Origin: Chiloscyllium plagiosum
Taxonomy: Eukaryota
DNA: 64,000 nt
Reading direction: 5' to 3'
Assembly (NCBI RefSeq): GCF_004010195.1
Contig: NC_057720.1
Location: 43,399,736 to 43,463,735, forward strand
Shown here: in pieces, positions 26,840 through 40,004 of the stretch
Layout of the letters: every line of letters begins with the position of its first letter
Position numbering within the stretch: position 1 is the first letter of the stretch
Notes under the pieces: model-generated
The model's input: only the letters and a program-made list of their open reading frames with translations
Databases searched by the model: none
Told to the model about the DNA's origin: nothing
Translations under genes and position numbers: made by a program

Positions 26840-27235
26840 TAATACGTAGAACATTCAGTCCATTGAGTCTTTGTCAGCTCTTTATAAAATAATCTACTCA
26901 GTCCCATTCCTCTGATCCATCCCCCTGCAAGTTTATTTCTCCCAAGTGATCATCCAATTTCCTTTGAAACTATTTGTCAACTATGCTTCCACTATATAGC
27001 CTGAGTTACAGATCTTTACCACTTAGTTCATAAACATTTTTTCTTTCATATCCCCTCTTGACCAAAATCTTAAATATGTCTCCTCTGGATCTTTTTAATG
27101 GCTTTTCAAAAATTACCCAAACCTGTCATAATCACATAGACCTCAGTAAGATACAACCTCAAACTCATTGCTTCAAGCAGTAAAGCCCCTGCCCGGCACT
27201 TTAAAGGATTTTCACATCCTTTCCAAGGTTTGGGA
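26840..27235 (-). mobile_element. Old CR1-like 3' fragment
   Basis: Decayed CR1 3' UTR/ORF2-end pattern (CATTCAGTCCATTGAGTC...CATCCAATTTCCTTTGAA). Confidence 0.45.
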
Positions 27236-28050
27236 GATAAAACAACAAGAAATTGAGAGTCATAGGAGTGAGATTTTAGGAAACAACATAGTGAGAATTC
27301 ACAATATGAAGCAGAAAAAGGTTAGGAGCCAAAGCAGTGACTGTTCAATGGGTGAAGCAGCGAGCATTTGGAAGACAAAGCAGTAAAGATAAATGGAATA
27401 AAGCAGTGAGAGATTGAGGGATAAAATAGAGACCATTCAGGAGTTGAAGCAGTGAGCATTCAGAAGCTATTACAGGTGCTTTCAGGGGCTGAAGCAGGGG
27501 ACAAAACAGAAAATTTGGGGAATAAATTCACAATTTGTGGGAATTGAGAGTTTGGGGGAATAAAGCAGTAAATATTCATTGATTAAAGCAGCTAGTGTTT
27601 GGTGGAAAATAGAATGAGTGTTTGGGGGAACAAAGTAGCAGGTGTTTGAGAGATAAATCTATGTGGTTTTAGGGGACACAACAGCAAGTATTTGGAGGAC
27701 AAACCATCAGGCATTGGAGGAAAAACAACAAATATTTGTGGTATAAAGTAGTGAGGTGGGGACAAACCAATGAGCACTCAGGCAATAACAATCATTCAAG
27801 GGATAAAGTGCAAAGTGTTTGGTGGATAAAGCAGTGTGTGTTCAGGTAACAAAGCAGCAAGCAATTGGGGTAAGGCAATGAATGTTCGGGAGATAGTACA
27901 GTAACTATTCAGGTTAAAGCAGCAAGCATTCAGGAAATAAAGCAATGAGAGGTTGGAGATACAGAGGTGTGTAATGGAGTAATAACAGTTTGTGATGGGG
28001 TAAAAACATAACGTATGATGGCATAATAACAGTGTGTGATGGAGTATTAT
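27230..28050. repeat. Degenerate purine-rich minisatellite (~24-26 bp unit)
   Basis: Recurring GGGATAAAGCAGTGAG(C/A)ATT(C/T)-like units over ~800 bp. Confidence 0.75.
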
Positions 28051-28129
28051 GCAAGGAGAAAGAGCTCATTAATAATCCCAGTACAAAGAAACCTTTAGGG
28101 AGAAGTGACTATAATATGGTAGGATTTTA

Positions 28130-29600
28130 CATTAAATTTAAAAAAGTGATGCTGTTCAATCCACAACCAGAGACTTCTAAATCTAAGCACAGGAAACCTA
28201 TGTAGATATGATAGGCAAATAGCTTTGGTAGATGGAAATCTACATTAAAAGATATGATGTCACAAATGTAGTGGCTAGATTTGAGAGAAGTAACATCTGA
28301 TCTATAACGAACGTGCATTCATTTATGGCAAAATATCCAAAAGGCAAAGTGATCCAAATGTAGTTAACAAGAGAAACTAACATTTTTAATTACATGAAAG
28401 AAAGACGCTTACAAGTTGCCGAAAGAAAGTTGTAAGATTAGGAGTATTTGAGGGTTGATCACGCAAGTGTCCAGTGGCCTCTTGGACCAGCCAGTTGCAT
28501 AAAAATAGGTGCAGCTTGATGGCCACTGGGATAGAATGCCCACCAAACCCTTTAGTTAATAAGTTCTACTCCAGCAATAAGAAAAATTTTGTAATAGTGT
28601 CCTATGACATCATCAGTCTGCAGTGACATTGTGCATCTTTCATCCTGGAGGAAATGGCATTGAGGATAATAGACTCTGGGCCTCCTGTATCTCCTCCATA
28701 TCCTGAGTGGATAATAATCCTTTATGTCTGTTTTCAAGGAGGAAGATACAAAGAAACCTTTATTAGAAAATAAAAGTGAGGAATTGAAAAAAATGAGTGC
28801 CAATGTAAAAATTAGTACTGGCAAAATTATTGGGATTCGAAGCTGCTAAATCCCCTGGATCTGATGATCTACATTCCAGAGTGTTAAAAGGGATGGCTGT
28901 ACGGATAATGGACATATTGGTGATCACCTTCCAAATGGAATAATTTCTTGAACAGCCCAACAGATTGCAGTGCAGCAAACGTAAACCAACTATTTAAAAA
29001 AGCAGAGGAGAGAGAAAATTGAGAAGTACAGACCTGTCAGTCCAACATTGGAAGGAGTAAAAATGCTGTAATATATTATAGAAAGATATGATAACTGGAT
29101 GTTTAGAAAATAAAGGTGGAATTAGACAGAGCCAGCATAGAGTTATAAAAAGGAAATCATATATGATGAAACAGTTTTTTTAAAAATTAAGTAATTTGCA
29201 GAATAAGGGGGATCAAGTGTATGTGGTGCATTTGGATTATCAGAAGGCTTCAGATAAGGTCCTACAAAAGAGGTTAGTTAATGAAATCAGGGTATGAGAG
29301 ATTGAGGGTGATATAGGGGCATGGGTTGAGAATTGGTTCATGGATAGAAAACAGACAATAGGAATAAAGTGGTCTTTCACAGATTGGCAAGCTGTGACTA
29401 GTACGGTACTCTAAGGATCAATGCATAGGCCCCAGCTATTCACAATATATATTAATGACTGGGATGTGGGAACCAAATATAATATTTTCAAGTTTGTTAA
29501 TGTCACAAGGCTAGGTGGAACTGTCAGTTGTGAGGAGGTTGAAGAAGATTTGAAAGGGTTTTAAGTGGGCTATGTGAATAGGTAAAAATATGGCAAATTG
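28130..29600 (+). mobile_element. Old CR1 LINE ORF2 remnant
   Basis: KSPGSDDLHSRVLK, DYQKASDKV and QLFTIYIND motifs with many stops; interrupted at ~28445-28740. Confidence 0.8.
28460..28700 (-). mobile_element. PIF/Harbinger (HARBI1-like) transposase N-terminal remnant
   Basis: Broken minus frames give RRYRRPRVY...QCHFLQ...QCHCRL...GFGGHSIPVAIKL...FYATG, matching the HARBI1 N-terminal pattern. Confidence 0.65.
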
Positions 29601-29689
29601 TAGAAAAGGTATTCCTTCTACCAGAATTTTCTGCATCACATTCAGTCAGCTATTTATATGCCATTTCGCTAGCCTATTTAGTTTTGCAG

Positions 29690-31580
29690 TGATGAATGTC
29701 ACCATCACTGCCTATCACACCAAATTTTGCTCTGTGATTTCCAATGTGTATAAAACAATAAACTTGGGGACATCATTGACAATGAGCCTCCGTTCTGACA
29801 AACAACCGTTGAGATAACTTACTGTTTTCTATGCTTAAGCAAATGTAAACAATTTCATTTTAGCAAGGTTAAAGTGATTTTTGAAAATGTATCTAATCAA
29901 AATTTCTGCTTACATGAAAGTGACATTCAAAAATGATTTCAAACTAACAGACTTTCTTTCTTTAGAAACACATTTCTTGTGTCTGGACAGGACAGCAAGC
30001 AGTTTATATACTACATAAGTAAATTTGGAACTCTTAAACTGTAATGGACTATTATGATCTTTACAATTTGTCTGCTGGAAAGATTGACCCTTCACCCCAC
30101 ATACCAGTGTGAGTAATATATTGTTGAAATGGAGAATGCCAACATGGATATTGGAGGCATCATGCACTTCTTCAGGAAGCCCTGCCTGTAGCCACAAGAC
30201 TGAAGGGTGGTGATTGCTGGTAATCAGCAGGAGGTTTCCTTGCCCATGTTTGACCTGATGCCATTAGGCTTAATGAGATCCAAAGTTTATGTTGAGAACT
30301 CACAGGATAATCCACTCCAACTATATACCCCTGCGATGTCATCTCTGGTAGGTCTGCTCCTGTCAGTGGGACAGAACATATCCAGGATGGTGATGGTGTT
30401 GTCTGCAACATTGTGTGTCAGGTATAATTCAATGAGTAGGATTGTGTCGGAATGTTATTTGACCAGTAAGTAGGACAGGACGCCCAATTTTAGCAGAAGT
30501 CCCGAGGTGTTGAAAAGCTGGGCTTTGCAGAGTCAATAGGGTTGTGTTTGTTGTTGCTGGTGCCTTTGTCAATGCCAGGAAGATTATCCAGTTGATCTAG
30601 TCATTCCTTTTATCAGGCTTTGTAGCTGATAGACACAACTGAGAAGCTTGCTAGGTCATTTAAGTGTCAACCACAATGCTGTGGATCTGGAGTCACATAT
30701 GGACCAGAGCAGGTGAGGATGGCAGATTTTCCTCAACTAAAAACCATTAAGGAACCACATTGGATTTTGTGACAATCATTTGTAGGAAATCATTTGAGGA
30801 ATAGAGAAAGTGAGAAACCTTGGTATGGACATGCATCCCTCATTGAGTGGGCCATCAAATACAAAAACAGGGATAATAATGTTAGATCTACATAAGACAC
30901 TGGTTGGTCCACAAATAGAGTTTTGTCTACAGTTCTGGCCATCACCTTATAGCAGGGACATAAAATGACAGAGACCACAGAGGAGACTTATGAGAATGTT
31001 GTCATGGCTTGAAAATTGCAGCAATGAGGAAAAGTAGCAGCAGGCTTGCATATTTTAAAAATTGGAACATAGGAGGAGGGATTGAGTAATTGATGTGTAC
31101 ACAATAATGAGGGCCTTGACAGAGTGGATAAGGAAGACCTGTTTCTCGTATTGGAGAGATCAATTACCAGGGCTATAAATTTAAAGTGATTGATGGAGAT
31201 TTAGAGGGGATGTGAGCAAAAGCTTTTTCACCCAGAGGATGAAAGATGTCTGGAATTGACTGTCCAGTTGGCAATTGAGTGAGAAACCCTCAACTCATTT
31301 AAAAAGGACAATGGATCTGCACAGTAACCAGCATGGCTAGAGATCAGGTGACAGGAAGTGGAATTAGAATGGGCAGTTAGTTTATTCAGCCAGCACAGAC
31401 ATGATGGACTGAATAGCCTCCTCTTGTATGTAATTTTTCTATGGTTTTATGGTCACTATTAAGCGGGCTTTTCATTCATCTGCATTGAGGAATCTCAATC
31501 CATATTCCCCCAGATCATTAACATGGGTCTCTGGATTATGAGTCTTGTTTCAATAACACTGTGTCATCATCTGCTCCCTC
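29690..31580 (-). mobile_element. LINE with tRNA-like 5' head running into an AP-endonuclease region; split by a CR1 insertion
   Basis: Head at ~31580-31455 and ~30780-30620. Then DTILLIELYL...TITI/GYVLSH...RPTR...GVYSW endonuclease motifs at ~30470-30310. Confidence 0.7.
30785..31452 (+). mobile_element. CR1 3' fragment
   Basis: CR1 ORF2-end pattern (YKTLVGPQIEFCLQFW; FFTQR...VWN) and a tail ending TTTTCTATGGTTTTATG. Confidence 0.8.
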
Positions 31581-32257
31581 CATTGTTAAAAGATACAATT
31601 CACCATGAATCATTACAAAATAGAGATGACATGTCTCTTGACATATACTTCACAAAAAATTCACAAAATCAATCAGCTAATTTAATGTTATTAGCTACTT
31701 GCAATTGCACTATGGTTTCATATAAATTCCACTCATAGCTGAAGGGATATTGAAGCCATCTCTGTGTTTTTAATTAAAACTCAATGCCTAGTTCTTTGAG
31801 AAATCAGTGCAGATTGCAGCATAGCAGTTACATATTCACAATCACTCAAAAGGTGGTATCATACATTATTAAATGAACGTTTTGATGAAATATTGTAGAA
31901 ATTATGTGGGAGAAATTTGCAATCTCATTATCTTATTCATAACAAAATATGACAAATATAACAAAAAATTTAAGCGTGTGCTGTGGTCTGAATTTACTTA
32001 GGAAATATACTTGCATTTTATTGTAGTAGTTTTGAGTATTTTCAGTTCTTAAGGTTCACGATGGACTCTAGGTAATCCAACCCAGTTGATTCAACATGTA
32101 CCCCAGGAGCAGTCAGTAGAACTCAAAGTTGAAGTATTTAGAAGTTACAAAAGTTTTTAAAAGCAATATTCTGAACTGAAAATAGAGCCCAATCTATTGG
32201 TTTCATGTTTTAACCATTTTCCTAATCCCAGTTATAATCTCTCCCATCCCTATCTGT

Positions 32258-33061
32258 AAGGTAGAAGACAGGGTGGTGGTGGACGGTGGTTTTTCAGACT
32301 GGAGGCCTGTGACCAGTGGAGTGCCACAAGGGTCGGTGCTGGGCCCTCTACTTTTTGTCATTTACATAAATGATTTGGATGCGAACATAAGAGGTACAGT
32401 TAGTAAGTTTGCAGAAGACACCAAAATTGGAGGTGTAGTGGACAGCGAAGAGGATTACCTCAGATTGCAACAGGATCTTGACCAGATGGGCCAGTGGGCT
32501 GAGAAGTGGCAGATGGAGTTTAATTCAGATAAATGCGAGGTGCTGCATTTTGGGAAAGCAAATCTTAGCAGGACTTATACACTTAATGGTAAGGTCCTAG
32601 GGAGTGTTGCNNNNNNNNNNNNNNNNNNNNNNNNNNNNNNNNNNNNNNNNNNNNNNNNNNNNNNNNNNNNNNNNNNNNNNNNNNNNNNNNNNNNNNNNNN
32701 NNNNNNNNNNNNNNNNNNNNNNNNNNNNNNNNNNNNNNNNNNNNNNNNNNNNNNNNNNNNNNNNNNNNNNNNNNNNNNNNNNNNNNNNNNNNNNNNNNNN
32801 NNNNNNNNNNNNNNNNNNNNNNNNNNNNNNNNNNNNNNNNNNNNNNNNNNNNNNNNNNNNNNNNNNNTGCCAGAGGATGTGGTGGAGGCTGGTACAATTG
32901 TAACATTTAAGAGGCATCTGGATGGGTATATGAATAGGAAGGGTTGGAGGGATATGGGCCGGGTGCTGGCAGGTGGGACTAGATTGGGTTGGGATATCTG
33001 GTCGGCATGGACGGGTTGGACCGAAGGGTCTGTTTCCATGCTGTACATCTCTATGAGTCTA
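32258..33061 (+). mobile_element. Young CR1 (HER1-like) LINE, 5'-truncated, spanning an assembly gap
   Basis: SGVPQGSVLGPLLFVIYINDLD...KFAEDTK; tail GACCGAAGGGTCTGTTTCCATGCTGTACATCTCTATGA; near-identical to 48418-49429. Confidence 0.93.
32611..32867. other. Assembly gap (257 N)
   Basis: Run of N inside the CR1 copy. Confidence 1.
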
Positions 33062-33399
33062 TTAATTTTAAGTACTTGTTAAAAGCAGGTTTTTAAAATA
33101 TTTCCTCCTGAATTACTTTGATTCTAGTTTTAATCAATTGCTTGGTCATCCTTTACAGGTTTTTAAAATGTTTTGAATTCTCAGGGTTGCTACTCTCTGG
33201 CAAAACAGTAAACTGCACTCTTAAATTCAATAACGTTTTCACCACCTCTAGTTGTCTATAGCTGTTTTAAATTTTCTTTATTAATGGAGGTTTTATTCTT
33301 AAAGTATCTTCATGAAGATACATTAATTTAGAAAGAATGTTTGCGAGTTTTTGATTTATAGACATCATTTACTTCAGAGTTTAAATTTTGAACTGAATG

Positions 33400-34929
33400 G
33401 CAAATGGATTTTGCTCTCTGTGAGAGAGGGGTACAGGTATTTAACTTGTCAGTCTTTCTTGAGCCATGATTTTTAAATGAGCATGTGTGAGGGAACAGCT
33501 CTTGGAGTGATAATCAGAATTTGTTTGCATGTGAGAGTTTTAAGTTGAAAGGAGTAAACATTAGAAAATATTAGCTTGCTTTCAGTTTAGAAGCAGGGAT
33601 TTTTTTGTGCTTGGGATTACCCACAGATGGTAAATTGTGTGGTTTCAGAAGATCCAGCTGATGGCAGGTATAAGAATGGTTTCTCTTGAACAAAGGAGTC
33701 GTCAAAACAATTTGGTAGTAGGTTACTTCAGTGTAAACATTTTACGTTAAAAATTCCAGACCAAAGGTGTTTGGTTAAAAACTTCAAGGAGTGATTTGAA
33801 ACTAAGAATATCTAATTTCAGTTCTGACAAATTAACGTAAATGCCAAATGCTCAAGATAGAGAACTGAAACAGTTAATTCAAACCTATAGCTGAAGAAAG
33901 AAGGGAATTATCTCTGGCATTTGAGTACTATGAACTGATCGTGTTGGGATTGAATGGATTTTATTTTAATGTTTTGAAATTTTATAAATTGTGTTATATA
34001 TAAATAGCTTGGTTTGTTTTATTTTATAAGACCTTAAGACATTGGAGCAGAAATTAGGCCATTCAGCCCGAGTCTCCTCCACCATTCAATCATGACTGAA
34101 GTTTTCCAACCCCACTCTTCCACTTTCTCCCTGTAACCCTTGATCCTCAAAAACCCATTTATCTCCATCTTAAATATACTCAATGACCTGGTCTCCACTG
34201 CCTTCTGTGGCAGTGAATTCCATAGATTCTCCACACTCTGGCTGAAGACGTTAAACCTTATTTCCATTTTAAAAGGTCTTCTCTTCATGTGAAGGCTGTG
34301 CCTTCAGTTCCTACCAATGGAAACATCTTCCCAACATTCGCTCTGTCCAAGCCATTCAATTCTGTATGTTTCAATTAGATTCCTCCTCATCCTTCTAAAC
34401 TCCATCAAGTATAGATTCAGAGTCCTCAAACGTTCCTCATGTTAAACTTTTCATTCCTGGTACCATTGTCATGAATCTCCTTTGAACACAGTATAAGGCC
34501 ACGACAACCTTCCTGAGATATCAGGCCCAAAATTGCACACAATACTCCAAATGTGGTCTGACATGAGCCTTATTGAGGTTCAGAAGTACATCCCTGCTTT
34601 TATATTCAAGTCGTCTCAAAATAAATGCCAACATTGCATTTGCCTTCCTAACTACTGACTCAACCTGCAAGTTTACCTTGAGAGAATCCTGGACTAGAAC
34701 TCCCAAGTCTCTTTGCAGTTTAGACTTCTGAATTTTCTTCCCATTTAGAAAATAGTCCATGTCTCTATTCATTTATTTTACATAATATATTTTATAAAAA
34801 CTAAAACTGCAACATTGTGTGTACATGTTTCAGTGCAAGATCACCACATTAATAAATAAATGATTGATTAAGCCAGATTTCAGCCTGGGATCGGACTTGT
34901 CCAGCAGTAACATCAGCTTGGATCACAAC
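33400..34929 (+). mobile_element. LTR-like element (same family as 62959-63959), split by a CR1; left end uncertain
   Basis: Its 3' end AAGCCAGATTTCAG...GACTTGTCCAGCAGTAAC...GATCACAAC aligns by eye with 63902-63959. Confidence 0.5.
34032..34770 (-). mobile_element. CR1 3' fragment
   Basis: QRDLGVLVQDSLKV...[12 protein letters not shown] and FSQSVENLWNSLPQKAVE on minus, plus CR1 tail. Confidence 0.92.
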
Positions 34930-35254
34930 TGTTTTGATTGTTCAAGTTTTTTGCTCATTATTTTTGAGTACTGTTCCATTCTTTTTCTTCATTGAATTGA
35001 TTTATTTCCAGAAGGCAGGTATAAGAATGGTTTCTCTTGAACAAAGGAGTAGTCAAAACAGTTTCCATTTTGTTGTGTCTTCTTTTTGCTTGACAAGATT
35101 TTTGTTGCAATTTTCTTACCAATTTATGCATTTCTATTTACTTGTCAGGCTCTGTGCACTAAATTTGTACTTATGTTTTGACTGTTCTATTTCATATATA
35201 TTATGGCTTTTTTTTCTCTCTTGTATATTTCAATTAAAATTATTTATCATTATG

Positions 35255-35590
35255 AGGTTACATGTTAATAGAATATTTCCTCTCCTGTAGGAATCTAGAA
35301 CTTCGGAGCACAGCTTCAAAATAAGGGGTGTCCTATTCAAGGCTAACATGAGGATTATTTTCTCTCTGAGGCCCATTACTGTTTTAAATTCTCTTCCCAG
35401 TGAGCAATGTAGTTCATTGAATATATCTAAGGTTGAGTATGATAAATATTTGGTTAACAAAGGATTCAACAGTAATCAGGATAGGCAGGAAAGTTGAGTT
35501 AAGGACACTTCAGAGTAGCCATGATATTACAGATTGGTGAAGCAGGTTCGATAGCAGTGAATGGCCTACTCCTACTCCAATTTCTTATCT
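35255..35590 (+). mobile_element. CR1 3' fragment
   Basis: ESRTSEHSFKIRG ORF2 end and tail GAATGGCCTACTCCTACTCCAATTTCTTAT. Confidence 0.8.
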
Positions 35591-35859
35591 TCAGTTTCAC
35601 CTGTAATTGATCTTTTCTTGTTCCACTTGTGGTTTCCTTGCCTGCTGCCTTCCATATATTCCACGATCTTCTGTCTGATCTCCTGTCTTCTTCCAAAATT
35701 TTATTTCTTGGAAGTGCTAATCTGAAAGCCTTTTTCTAATTTGGTATTTTGCATCAGTTCAACAATACACCTAACTGAGCAATTAAACATGAAACTACCC
35801 ATTATTTTGTTGGTGATTTTGTAATTTCCTTTCAGAGATTTGAACTATTTTTAGGTGAG

Positions 35860-36081
35860 TTGACGAGTGTGGTGCTGGAAAAGCACAGCTGGACAGGCAG
35901 CATCCAAGGACCAGGTGAATCAACGTTTTGAGCATAAGCTCTTTATCAGAAACTCCTGATGAAGAGCTTATAGTCCAAACATTGATTCTCCTACTCCTCA
36001 AATGCTCCCTGACCAGCTGTGTTTTACCAGCGCCACGTTCTTCGACTCCGATCTCCAGCATCTGCAGTCCTCACTTTCTCC
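35860..36081. mobile_element. Penelope-like inverted terminal repeat pair with two decayed hammerhead motifs
   Basis: ~90-bp arms mirror each other around 35950. Degenerate TSD CTATTTTTAGGTGAG (35845-35859) / CTATTTTTGCATGAG (36082-36096). Confidence 0.85.
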
Positions 36082-39000
36082 CTATTTTTGCATGAGCCCT
36101 AGTGACCAGAATAAAGTAATATTTCATCACTTGCAAGGTATTAGGATCTTAGATGCAACGTTGGAATGAACCTGTCTAGGATTTACATTTGTTTATATGT
36201 AAGCAAATATGGTATGACACACTTAGGAGCATAAAATTAATATGTTCCTTTTCAAACAGAAATCAATCTCCTAGATGATTCCTAGAAAAAAAATCTAAAC
36301 AATGCTTTAAATAGACAAAATATATTTTTACTGTAAAAAGACACATGTAGCTGATGTATGTTTAAAAAAAACCTACCTGTTAGCATACCACAAATAGTGC
36401 CATCTACTGCACACCTGTGCTCCTTTGTAATGCTTACTTTTAAACAGAACATAAATTGCAATTCTGACAACACTATAAATTTAGCTAAGTTAACCAATTT
36501 AGAAACACAAGATGTGGTACAAAGTCAATTTAGTACTGCAGTGAAATCTGAAGGCTGAGGGTTAACTGATCTTGGGTGGCTTACATGAAGTGTTTTCCCT
36601 TTGCTTGTACCTAAGTGACCGTAAAATGTAATCCATCACTGACAAGATGAACAAACTCCCAAACCATTCCCAGGCATTTTACACCTGAAAACTATAGACT
36701 GTGCCAATTTAGAAGAATTTTATTTGCTAGAATATCACAGGGTTGTGCACTAAGTGCCAAAGGTCTAATATTGAGGCTCAGCTGTGGAGCTGCAAATACA
36801 GGCATTCCATTCAACAATTTGTTCTCCTTCTTTCCCCAAGACAAAGTGCAGTGATTGCAAATTTTCATTACATGGTCAAACAGGTGACAATAATGAAGGT
36901 CTGGGTTGAGAAAAGCCTTGATGAGGCTTTCTGAGGATTTCACTATTGCGCTGCATCTAGAAATATTCAACACATTGTAAAAAACAAAATTATTTCTATA
37001 GTTTGTAGGTAAATACAACAAATGAGGCCATAAGGAGCATGAATGCTATACTGTTTAAGAAAATCACCAGGACAGATCCATCACAGATGGCCCAGTCAGG
37101 AGTGACCCTCGGAATCTACAATATTGGCTCCAGATTCCATTTACCCTAATGCATCAATGGGTAAGGAAACCCACCTCTGAACAGGTTACTGAGTGAAATA
37201 TGTCAAAAAAAAAAGGAAGAGTACAGACCAGACTGCTGCCTTATGAGCACAGATAAAACTGGTCATCCTTGAGGGGCTGTGGGCCACCATCAGCATAATT
37301 GTGCTTAACCATAATTTGACAACTAATGGCCATTGTGCACCATGTACAAGATACGCCACAGAAACTTACCAAGGCTTAACAGCACCTTCCAAATCTGGAG
37401 GACATAGGCAACAGATGCATGGAAACACCCACGTCCTCAAGTACTGTACTCCCATTCACAAATATCCTGCCATCTTTAAATGAAAACTGTTGCCCCAAAA
37501 TTCCCTTTCTTTGAACTTGCTCCCATGTTTCAAGTTTATATTCATTTTTCCCAAAATTTCATTTTTATGTCTGCTGGTTTTGGTACCAGCCAGAGCACCA
37601 AAAATATCTCCAAGTCATAAACAACATCTGTTATCCTGACTCTAGTGTTATTAGCTTTGCTTTGATCCACATTAGTAACTTTATCAATACCTGACTAGTT
37701 GCAATTCCAGCCTGAATTTCTGCACCTTTCCTCCTTCAAGGTTCTCCTAAAAACCTCACTGACAGAGCTTTGAGTTACACTTCCTAATATCATTATTTGG
37801 CTTGTAATCTCTTTATTGTTTTCAAGTTTGGGATATTGATATTGTTTAAGCAATGAAGGTGATATTGAATTTAGGTAAGAAATAAAGAAAAACAAATCAG
37901 CGTAAAAAAGAAAAAAAGTGAATTTAAATATCTCAAGCAGGTCTGCAGACAGTAAAAAAAGTTTAAAAACAGATTTGTAGTACGCTATATAAGCATACTT
38001 GAATCCAATTATTCTTACAAGTTCAAATGAAGGCTTAAGACAAATATACAGAATTATATTTATTATAAAAACTTTTAACGATTGCAATGTACTTTCAATT
38101 GAAATGTTTATTCTTAATGTCTATCAAAATTATGTCATTGGATACTTATGTTCCCTACATGCAGGTTTCACACTATTTTAAAAGCTAAAACATAAATCTG
38201 AATCGCAAAAATTACTGCAAGTGCTACTTTTTTTTATACGACACTTAGGTACAATAAAGGAACCTGCATGCTTTGCCAAATAACCTGTAAAGTAGTACAA
38301 GGCCAGTTGTACTGGGCAACTTATGAAGCTGTAGACAAAGGTTAAAGAATATATAATGGTAATGACTTTTACTGGTTAAAGGAAAACCAGTATGGTTTTA
38401 AAAGTTGAATGTTTTTCATTAATGTTCAAGATGCAAGCATTGTTTATCATTGGTTAACTTTCATCAACTGGTTTTACTGCATACCAATGCTAAGACTAGC
38501 ACAAGTTACATTTGATATAAGGAAATTCATATGACAAACTGCAATGTTAGATAGCATTTTAAGTTTAGGATTTAAGCAAATTTTCTAATTACAGTTAATT
38601 TTGACATCTCAGTGATAGCAATATAAAAATAACGGATAGTTAGCTTTAAAAATAATGCAAAAAGTTTGGTAGAATTTGTCTAAATTTTACATTTCAAATA
38701 TTGAATACTTCATTTGGTAAGTGGACCAAACATTGTATCACTCTGAATACGGTATTTAGAATTTTATCCAAAACGATAATGTTCCAATAATCCTCTCTAA
38801 ATAAGATGTAGTTCACACAATGCACATCCATAGTTAACATATACATGTAAAACCTCCTTAAAATCTCCTACATCTTTTGCACCAATGTAACCATGAACAA
38901 GATTCAGATATAAATACATAATCAATATCATTCTTAATAATGAACCTCCACATTTTTGCATGCCAAGAAGAAATCTCTACACCCGCTGTATTTCTGCTGC

Positions 39001-39169
39001 ATTCAGGAGAATATCAGTTCTCATCTTACTTCAACAACTGTAAAATTTAAGTTCCCAATTGAAAAACCCTAGATATTTTATAGCCTTTGCTTGGGAATTA
39101 TTTTTACTGAGTTAATCATCAGTCTGCTGTCAAATAATTAACTGGTTAAAATTAAATTTCTTATTTTTA

Positions 39170-39286
39170 AAGCATTTTTCTTTATCAACTTGTTTGGGCA
39201 TGTTTTGACACACATAACTGGCCATCAAAGATGGACTTGAACCCAGATCTTCTGACCCAGAGAAGAACACAAACACTGCACCACAT
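39170..39286 (-). mobile_element. tRNA-derived SINE head
   Basis: TGTGGTGCAGTGT (A box) and GGGTTCAAGTCC (B box) on minus; no intact cloverleaf. Confidence 0.6.
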
Positions 39287-40004
39287 CTGTCCCGTAAATG
39301 GGTACTTTGATATTCAATGCCAGTTTGATCAAAGAAGGCTACCATTGCCAACAGTGACCAACTGATTTCATTTGTTTGTGAATGTAATAGTCATTTCATA
39401 CAAAAAGGGAACTGAAACACAACAAAAATTGCTGGTGCTAACCTCTAGAATATCCTATCAAATACAGTTAGTCCTCTAGCAATGCTTATTGTTAGAAGTT
39501 TAACTAAGACTTAACAATGGAAAGAACAGACTTTTGAATATTCCCAGCATGGTTTTCTACAGCTTGTCCAGAAAGTCACATTAGTCAATTACTCAAGCAG
39601 CAGTCTAATTGGCAAGATAGCAATACAAAGTATATTATTACATTCAATGAGCACCCCAGTGCGAAACACGAGATTAATCTTCACTAACAGTTCCTCATAA
39701 CTAATACATTTCATCTCTGGCATCTGTTTTTACAGTTACCTGTATTTCTACTGATAAAACCTTGACTTGCATTGATTCCTCGCAATACATTTTTAGTGAC
39801 AATTTGTTTGAAACCATATCTCAAACAGGTATCACCTCGAATTTTTGTTTTGTGTGAAGCCCATAAAAACCAATTTTGTGGAAAGTCACATATGTAGCAT
39901 TTATATCCACCGTGTTATATTATAGAACTTCTTCAAGATTAGATTGTGGTGATTTGTGTAGTATATAAGTATATTACAAGCATTACTCAGATAAACCGAC
40001 AAGA

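Noticed and set aside
32575-33048. ORFs crossing the N run
   Set aside because: Artefacts of undefined bases.
37020-37310. Possible repeat or structured RNA
   Set aside because: Looks repeat-derived, but I cannot assign a family or a convincing fold.
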